In this document: piece by piece, positions 52,201 through 64,000 of the stretch
Position numbering within the stretch: the first letter of the stretch is position 1
Layout: each line of letters begins with the position of its first letter
From: Eledone cirrhosa
Taxonomy: Eukaryota
Assembly: GCA_964016885.1 (NCBI GenBank)
Contig: OZ024744.1
Location: 69,254,001-69,318,000, forward strand
Length of the DNA stretch: 64,000 nucleotides
Direction of reading: 5' to 3'
Notes under the pieces: generated by a model
Seen by the model: only the letters and a program-made list of their open reading frames with translations
The model's database searches: none
Told to the model about the DNA's origin: nothing
Position numbers and translations under genes: made by a program

Positions 52201-55200
52201 CACTGACACAGACATACACTGACATAGACATACACAGACATAGATGTACACTGACACAGACATACACTGACATAGACATACACAGACTCAGACATACACT
52301 GACATAGACATACACTGACATAGACATACACTGGCATAGACATACACTGACACATACGTACACTGACACAGACATACACTGACATAGACATAAACTGACA
52401 TAGACATACACAGACACAGACATACACTGACACAGACATACACATACTCAGACATACACAGACACAGATATACACTGACACAGACATACACTGACACAGA
52501 CATACACTGACATAGACATGCACTGACACAGACATACACTGACATAGACATACACAGACTCAGACATACACTGACATAGACATACACAGACTCAGACATA
52601 CACTGACACAGACATACACTGACATAGACATACACAGACTCAGACATACAAAGACATACACAGACATAGATATACACTGACACAGACATACACTGACATA
52701 AACATACACTGACATGGACATACACTGACACAGACATACACTGACATAGACATACACTGACATAGACATACACAGACATAGATATACACTGACACAGACT
52801 TACACTGACACAGACATACACTGACACAGACATACGCTGACACAGACATACACTGACTCAGACATACACAGACTCAGACATACACAGACTCAGACATACA
52901 CTGACACAGAGATACACTGATACAGACATACACTAGCACAGACATACACTGACATAGACATACACTGACACATACATACACTGACACAGACATACACTGA
53001 TACAGCCATACACTGACACAGACATACACTGACTCAGACATACACAGACTCAGACATACACAGACTCAGACATACACTGACACAGACATACACTGACTCA
53101 GACATACATTGACACAGACATACACTGACATAGACATACACTGACATAGACATACACAGACTCAGACATACACAGACATACACGGACATAGACATACACT
53201 GACATAGACATACACAGACATAGATATACACTGACACAGACATACACTGACATAGACATACACAGACTCAGACATACACTGACATAGACATACACTGACA
53301 CAGACATACACTGGCATCGGTATACACTGACACAGACATACACTGATATAGACATACACAGACTCAGACATACACTGACAGAGACATACACTGACACAGA
53401 CATACACTGACATAGACATACACCGACATAGACATACAAAGAGTCAGACATACACTGACATAGACATACACAGACATAGATATACACTGGCATAGACATA
53501 CACTGACACAGACATAACACTGACACAGACATACACTGACACAACATACACTGTCACATACATACACTGACATAGACATACACAGACACTGACATACACT
53601 GACACAGACATACACTGACATAGACATACACAGACTCAGACATACACTGACATAGACATACACTGACATAGACATACACAGACTCAGACATACACAGATA
53701 TACACTGACATATACATACACAGACTAAGACATACACTGACACAGACATACACTGACATAGACATACACAGACTCAGACATACACTGACATAGACATACA
53801 CTGACATAGACATACACTGGCATAGACATACACTGACACATACGTACACTGACACAGACATACACTGACATAGACATAAACTGACATAGACATACACAGA
53901 CACAGACATACACTGACACAGACATACACATACTCAGACATACACAGACACAGACATACACTGACACAGACATACACTGACACAGACATACACTGACATA
54001 GACATACACTGACACAGACATACACTGACATAGACATACACTGACATAGACATACACAGACTCAGACATACACTGACATAGACATACACAGACTCAGACA
54101 TACACTGACATAGACATACACTGACATAGACATACACAGACTCAGACATACACAGATATACACTGACATATACATACACAGACTAAGACATACACTGACA
54201 CAGACATACACTGACATAGACATACACAGACATAGATGTACACTGACACAGACATACACTGACATAGACATACACAGACTCAGACATACACTGACATAGA
54301 CATACACTGACATAGACATACACTGGCATAGACATACACTGACACATACGTACACTGACACAGACATACACTGACATAGACATAAACTGACATAGACATA
54401 CACAGACACAGACATACACTGACACAGACATACACATACTCAGACATACACAGACACAGATATACACTGACACAGACATACACTGACACAGACATACACT
54501 GACATAGACATGCACTGACACAGACATACACTGACATAGACATACACTGACATAGACATACACAGACTCAGACATACACTGACATAGACATACACAGACT
54601 CAGACATACACTGACACAGACATACACTGACATAGACATACACAGACTCAGACATACAAAGACATACACAGACATAGATATACACTGACACAGACATACA
54701 CTGACATAAACATACACTGACATGGACATACACTGACACAGACATACACTGACATAGACATACACTGACATAGACATACACAGACATAGATATACACTGA
54801 CACAGACTTACACTGACACAGACATACACTGACACAGACATACGCTGACACAGACATACACTGACTCAGACATACACAGACTCAGACATACACAGACTCA
54901 GACATACACTGACACAGAGATACACTGATACAGACATACACTAGCACAGACATACACTGACATAGACATACACTGACACATACATACACTGACACAGACA
55001 TACACTGATACAGCCATACACTGACACAGACATACACTGACTCAGACATACACAGACTCAGACATACACAGACTCAGACATACACTGACACAGACATACA
55101 CTGACTCAGACATACATTGACACAGACATACACTGACATAGACATACACTGACATAGACATACACAGACTCAGACATACACAGACATACACGGACATAGA

Positions 55201-58200
55201 CATACACCGACATAGACATACACAGAGTCAGACATACACTGACATAGACATACACAGACATAGATATACACTGACATAGACATACACTGACACAGACATA
55301 CACTGTCACATACATACACTGACACAGACATACACTGACATAGACATACACTGACACAGACATACACTGGCATAGACATACACTGACACAGACATACACT
55401 GACATAGACATACACTGACATAGACATACACAGACTCAGACATACACTGACATAGACATACACAGACTCAGACATACACTGACACAGACATACACTGATA
55501 TAGACATACAAGGACTCAGACATACAAAGACATACACAGACATAGATATACACTGACACAGACATACACTGATATAAACATACACTGACATAGACATACA
55601 CTGACACAGACATACACTGACATAGACATACACTGACACAGACATACACAGACATAGATATACACTGACTCACACATACACTGACATAGACATACACAGA
55701 CTCAGACATACACAGACATACACGGACATAGACATACACCGACATAGACATACACAGAGTCAGACATACACTGACATAGACATACACAGACATAGATATA
55801 CACTGACATAGACATACACTGACACAGACATACACTGTCACATACATACACTGACACAGACATACACTGACATAGACATACACTGACACAGACATACACT
55901 GGCATAGACATACACTGACACAGACATACACTGACATAGACATACACTGACATAGACATACACAGACTCAAACATACACAGACACAGACATACACTGACA
56001 CAGACATAATCTGACATAGACATACACAGACTCAGACATACACTGACATAGACATACACAGACTCAGACATACACTGACATAGACATACACTGACATAGA
56101 CATACACAGACTCAGACATACACTGACATAGACATACACTGACATAGACATACACAGAGTCAGACATACACAGACATACACTGACATATACATACACAGA
56201 CTAAGACATACACTGACACAGACATACACTGACATAGACATACACAGACATAGATATACACTGGCATAGACATACACTGACACAGACATAACACTGACAC
56301 AGACATACACTGACACAACATACACTGTCACATACATACGCTGACATAGACATACACAGACACTGACATACACTGACACAGACATACACTGACATAGACA
56401 TGTACATAATCAGACATACACTGACATAGATATACACTGACACAGACATACACTGACATAGACATACACAGACTCAGACATACACTGACATAGACATACA
56501 CAGACATAGATATACACTGACAAAGACATACACTGGCAGAGACATACACTGACTCAGACATACACAGACACAGACATACACTGACACAGACATACACTGA
56601 CACAGACATACACTGATACAGACATACACTGACACAGACATACACTGACAGAGACATACACTGACATAGACATACACTGACATAGACATACACTGACACA
56701 GACATACACTGTCACATACATACACTGACACAGACATACACTGACATAGACATACACCGACACAGACATACACTGGCATAGACATACACTGACACAGACA
56801 TACACTGACATAGACATACACTGACATAGACATACACAGACTCAGACATACACAGACACAGTCATACACTGACACAGAGATACACTGACATAGACATACA
56901 CAGACTCAGACATACACTGACATAGACATACACAGACTCAGACATACACTGACACAGACATACACTGACATAGACATACACAGACACAGACATACAAAGA
57001 CATACACAGACATAGATATACACTGACACAGACATACACTGACATAAACATACACTGACATAGACATACACTGACACAGACATACACTGACATAGACATA
57101 CACTGACATAGACATACACAGACATAGATATACACTGACACAGACATACACTGACATAGACATACACAGACTCAGACATACACTGACATAGACATACACT
57201 GACACAGACATACACTGGCATCGGTATACACTGACACAGACATACACTGATATAGACATACACAGACTCAGACATACACTGACAGAGACATACACTGACA
57301 CAGACATACACTGACATAGACATACACCGACATAGACATACAAAGAGTCAGACATACACTGACATAGACATACACAGACATAGATATACACTGGCATAGA
57401 CATACACTGACACAGACATAACACTGACACAGACATACACTGACACAACATACACTGTCACATACATACACTGACATAGACATACACAGACACTGACATA
57501 CACTGACACAGACATACACTGACATAGACATACACAGACTCAGACATACACAGATATACACTGACATATACATACACAGACTAAGACATACACTGACACA
57601 GACATACACTGACATAGACATACACAGACTCAGACATACACTGACATAGACATACACTGACATAGACATACACTGGCATAGACATACACTGACACATACG
57701 TACACTGACACAGACATACACTGACATAGACATAAACTGACATAGACATACACAGACACAGACATACACTGACACAGACATACACATACTCAGACATACA
57801 CAGACACAGACATACACTGACACAGACATACACTGACACAGACATACACTGACATAGACATACACTGACACAGACATACACTGACATAGACATACACTGA
57901 CATAGACATACACAGACTCAGACATACACTGACATAGACATACACAGACTCAGACATACACTGACATAGACATACACTGACATAGACATACACAGACTCA
58001 GACATACACAGATATACACTGACATATACATACACAGACTAAGACATACACTGACACAGACATACACTGACATAGACATACACAGACATAGATGTACACT
58101 GACACAGACATACACTGACATAGACATACACAGACTCAGACATACACTGACATAGACATACACTGACATAGACATACACTGGCATAGACATACACTGACA

Positions 58201-61200
58201 CATACGTACACTGACACAGACATACACTGACATAGACATAAACTGACATAGACATACACAGACACAGACATACACTGACACAGACATACACATACTCAGA
58301 CATACACAGACACAGATATACACTGACACAGACATACACTGACACAGACATACACTGACATAGACATGCACTGACACAGACATACACTGACATAGACATA
58401 CACTGACATAGACATACACAGACTCAGACATACACTGACATAGACATACACAGACTCAGACATACACTGACACAGACATACACTGACATAGACATACACA
58501 GACTCAGACATACAAAGACATACACAGACATAGATATACACTGACACAGACATACACTGACATAAACATACACTGACATGGACATACACTGACACAGACA
58601 TACACTGACATAGACATACACTGACATAGACATACACAGACATAGATATACACTGACACAGACTTACACTGACACAGACATACACTGACACAGACCTACG
58701 CTGACACAGACATACACTGACTCAGACATACACAGACTCAGACATACACAGACTCAGACATACACTGACACAGAGATACACTGATACAGACATACACTAG
58801 CACAGACATACACTGACATAGACATACACTGACACATACATACACTGACACAGACATACACTGATACAGCCATACACTGACACAGACATACACTGACTCA
58901 GACATACACAGACTCAGACATACACAGACTCAGACATACACTGACACAGACATACACTGACTCAGACATACATTGACACAGACATACACTGACATAGACA
59001 TACACTGACATAGACATACACAGACTCAGACATACACAGACATACACGGACATAGACATACACCGACATAGACATACACAGAGTCAGACATAGACTGACA
59101 TAGACATATACAGACATAGATATACACTGACATAGACATACACTGACACAGACATACACTGTCACATACATACACTGACACAGACATACACTGACATAGA
59201 CATACACTGACACAGACATACACTGGCATAGACATACACTGACACAGACATACACTGACATAGACATACACTGACATAGACATACACAGACTCAGACATA
59301 CACTGACATAGACATACACAGACTCAGACATACACTGACACAGACATACACTGATATAGACATACACAGACTCAGACATACAAAGACATACACAGACATA
59401 GATATACACTGACACAGACATACACTGATATAAACATACACTGACATAGACATACACTGACACAGACATACACTGACATAGACATACACTGACACAGACA
59501 TACACAGACATAGATATACACTGACTCACACATACACTGACATAGACATACACTGACAGAGACATACACTGACATAGACATACACTGACACAGACATACA
59601 CTGACATAGACATACACTGACATAGACATACACTGACATAGACATACACTGACATAGACATACACAGACTCAGACATACACTGACATAGACATACACAGA
59701 CTCAGACATACACTGACACAGACATACACTGTCATAGACATACACTGACACATACATACACTTGCATAGACATACACTGACATAGACATACACTGACACA
59801 TACATACACTGACATAGACATACACTGAGACAGACAAGCTCTGACACAGACATACACTGACACATACATACACTGACATAGACATACACAGACTCAGACA
59901 TACACTGACATAGACGTACACTGACATAGACATACACTGACACAGACATACACTGGCATAGACATACACTGTCACATACATACACTGACATAGATATACA
60001 CTGACGCAGACATACACTGACACAGATATACACTGACATAGACATACACAGATTCAGACATACACTGACATAGACATACACTCATACAGACATACACTGA
60101 TACAGACATACACTGACATAGACATACACTGACACAGACATACACATACTCAGACATACACTGACACAGACATACACTGACACAGACATACACTGACATA
60201 GACATACACAGACTCAGACATACACTGACACAGACATACACTGTCATAGACATACACAGACTCAGACATACACTGACATAGACATACACTGACATAGACA
60301 TACACTGACACAGACATACACTGGCATAGACATACACTGTCACATACATACACTGACATAGACATACACATACTCAGACATACACTGACATAGACATACA
60401 CTGACATAGAAATACACTGACACAGACATACACTGACATAGACATACAATGACACAGACATACACTGACATAGACATATACTGGCATAGACATACACAGA
60501 CACAGACATACACTGACATAGACATACACTGACACAGACATACACTGACATAGACATACACTGACACAGACATACACTGACATAGACAAACACTGACACA
60601 GACATACACTGACATAGACATACACAGACTCAGACATACACTGACACAGACATACACTGACACAGACATACACTGGCATAGGCATACAATGACACAGACA
60701 TACACTGACATAGACATACACTGACACAGACATACACTGACATAGACATACACAGACTCAGACATACACTGACACAGACATACACTGGCATAGACATACA
60801 CTGACACGGACATACACTGACATAGACATACACTGACACAGACATACACTGACATAGACATACACAGACTCAGACTTTCATGGGCATACACATACACAGA
60901 CTCAGACATACACTGACATAGACATACACTGACACAGACATACACTGACATAGACATACACTGACATAGACATACACAGACTCAGACATACACTGACATA
61001 GACATACACTGACATAGACATACACAGAGTCAGACATACACAGACATACACTGACATATACATACACAGACTAAGACATACACTGACACAGACATACACT
61101 GACATAGACATACACAGACATAGATATACACTGGCATAGACATACACTGACACAGACATAACACTGACACAGACATACACTGACACAACATACACTGTCA

Positions 61201-64000
61201 CATACATACGCTGACATAGACATACACAGACACTGACATACACTGACACAGACATACACTGACATAGACATGAACATAATCAGACATACACTGACATAGG
61301 TATACACTGACACAGACATACACTGACATAGACATACACAGACTCAGACATACACTGACATAGACATACACCGACATAGATATACACTGACTCAGACATA
61401 CACTGGCATAGACATACACTGACACAGACATACACTGACATAGACATACACTGACATTGACATACACTGACATAGACATACACTTAGACAGACATACACT
61501 GGCATAGACATACACTGACACAGACATACACTGACATAGACATACACTGACATTGACATACACAGACTCAGACATACACAGACACAGTCATACACTGACA
61601 CAGACATACACTGACATAGACATACACAGACTCAGACATACACTGACATAGACATACACAGACACAGACATACACTGACACAGACATACACTGACATAGA
61701 CATACACAGACACAGACATACAAAGACATACACAGACATAGATATACACTGACACAGACATACACTGACATAAACATACACTGACATAGACATACACTGA
61801 CACAGACATACACTGACATAGACATACACTGACATAGACATACACAGACATAGATATACACTGACACAGACATACACTGACATAGACATACACAGACTCA
61901 GACATACACTGACATAGACATACACTGACACAGACATACACTGACATAGACATACACAGACTCAGACATACATGGGCATAGACATACACAGACTCAGACA
62001 TACACTGATATAGACATACACAGACTCAGACATACACTGACAGAGACATACACTGACACAGACATACACTGACATAGACATACACCGACATAGACATACA
62101 AAGATTCAGACATACACTGACATAGACATACACAGACATAGATATACACTGGCATAGACATACACTGACACAGGCATAACACTGACACAGACATACACTG
62201 ACACAACATACACTGCCACATACATACACTGACATAGACATACACAGACACTGACATACACTGACACAGACATACACTGACATAGACATACACAGACTCA
62301 GACATACACTGACATAGACATACACTGACATAGACATACACAGACTCAGACATACACAGATATACACTGACATATACATACACAGACTAAGACATACACT
62401 GACACAGACATACACTGACATAGACATACACAGACATAGATATACACTGACACAGACATACACTGACATAGACATACACAGACTCAGACATACACTGACA
62501 TAGACATACACTGACATAGACATACACTGGCATAGACATACTCTGACACATACGTACACTGACACAGACATACACTGACATAGACATAAACTGACATAGA
62601 CATACACAGACACAGACATACACTGACACAGACATACACATACTCAGACATACACAGACACAGACATACACTGACATAGACATACACTGACATAGACATA
62701 CACAGACATAGATATACACAGACACAGACTTACACTGACACAGACATACACTGACACAGACATACGCTGACACAGACATACACTGACTCAGACATACACA
62801 GACTCAGACATACACAGACTCAGACATACACTGACACAGAGATACACTGATACCGACATACACTAGCACAGACATACACTGACACAGACATACACTGACA
62901 CAGACATACACTGACTCAGACATACACTGACACAGACATACACTGACACATACATACACTGACACAGACATACACTGATACAGACATACACTGACATAGA
63001 CATACTCTGACTCAGACATACACAGACTCAGACATACACAGACTCAGACATACACTGACACAGACATACACTGACACAGACATACACTGACTCAGACATA
63101 CATTGACACAGACATACACTGACATAGACATACACTGACATAGACATACACAGACTCAGACATACACAGACATACACGGACATAGACATACACCGACATA
63201 GACATACACAGACTCAGACATACACAGACATACACTGACACAGACATAATCTGACATAGACATACACAGACTCAGACATACACTGACATAGACATACACA
63301 GACTCAGACATACACTGACACAGACATACACTGACATAGACATACACAGACACAGTCATACACTGGCATAGACATACACTGACACAGACATACACTGACA
63401 TAGACATACACTGACATAGACATACACAGACTCAGACATACATGGGCATAGACATACACAGACTCAGACATACACTGACAGAGACGTACACTGACACAGA
63501 CATACACTGACATAGACATACACTGACATAGACATACACAGAGTCAGACATACACTGACATAGACATACACTGACATAGACATACACAGACATAGATATA
63601 CACTGGCATAGACATACACTGACACAGATATAACACTGACACAGACATACACTGACACAACATACACTGCCACATACATACACTGACATAGACATACACA
63701 GACACTGACATACACTGACACAGACATACACTGACATAGACATACACAGACTCAGACATACACTGACATAGACATACACTGACATAGACATACACAGACT
63801 CAGACATACACAGATATACACTGACATATACATACACAGACTAAGACATACACTGACACGGACATACACTGACATAGACATACACAGACATAGGTATACA
63901 CTGACACAGACATACACTGACATAGACATACACAGACTCAGACATACACTGACATAGACATACACTGACATAGACATACACTGGCATAGACATACGCTGA

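Larger units (their letters stand above)
4887..64000. repeat. 16-bp satellite array (CATACACTGACAYAGA / CATACACAGACTCAGA), >59 kb, ~3,700 monomers, continues past window end
   Basis: Uninterrupted head-to-tail monomers in one orientation. Main types are ..CTGACATAGA, ..CTGACACAGA, ..CAGACTCAGA and ..CTGGCATAGA, plus 10-, 15- and 17-nt variants. No non-satellite insertion seen. Confidence 0.98.

Noticed and set aside
4914-63977. Hundreds of minus-strand V/C/S/M/Y-rich ORFs, including 351 aa at 59026-60081
   Set aside because: They are translations of the 16-bp monomer, whose minus strand has few stops apart from the TCTGAG variant. They overlap in all three frames and show no codon-level constraint.
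4887-64000. CRISPR array, telomeric repeat or ribozyme-encoding satellite
   Set aside because: No unique spacers or cas genes, no TTAGGG-type unit, and the monomer has CTGACA but no CUGANGA/GAAA pair.

Overview
Non-coding, repeat-rich animal genomic DNA. The SINE sequences resemble ones I recall from octopus/cephalopod genomes, which is inference and not a search result. About 92% of the window (~4887 to the end, running off the edge) is one satellite array of a 16-bp monomer, CATACACTGACAYAGA, with the main variant CATACACAGACTCAGA. It has ~3,700 monomers in nested higher-order duplications (offsets of 160, 409, 4235, 8401 and 12236 bp, among others). Nearly all ORFs in the track are artefacts of this repeat or of microsatellites. 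The first ~4.9 kb is the informative part. It holds a decayed Penelope-like GIY-YIG endonuclease 3' fragment and a cluster of type I hammerhead ribozyme motifs: one intact (2373-2429, minus), one with a single core substitution (3394-3469, plus), and two decayed, one of them with a (TA)n microsatellite in stem II. It also holds direct and inverted duplications around the intact ribozyme, a ~110-bp palindrome, and a tRNA-derived SINE nested in another SINE with an 18-bp TSD. The satellite begins right at the apparent 3' end of the host SINE. No intact protein-coding gene is supported.
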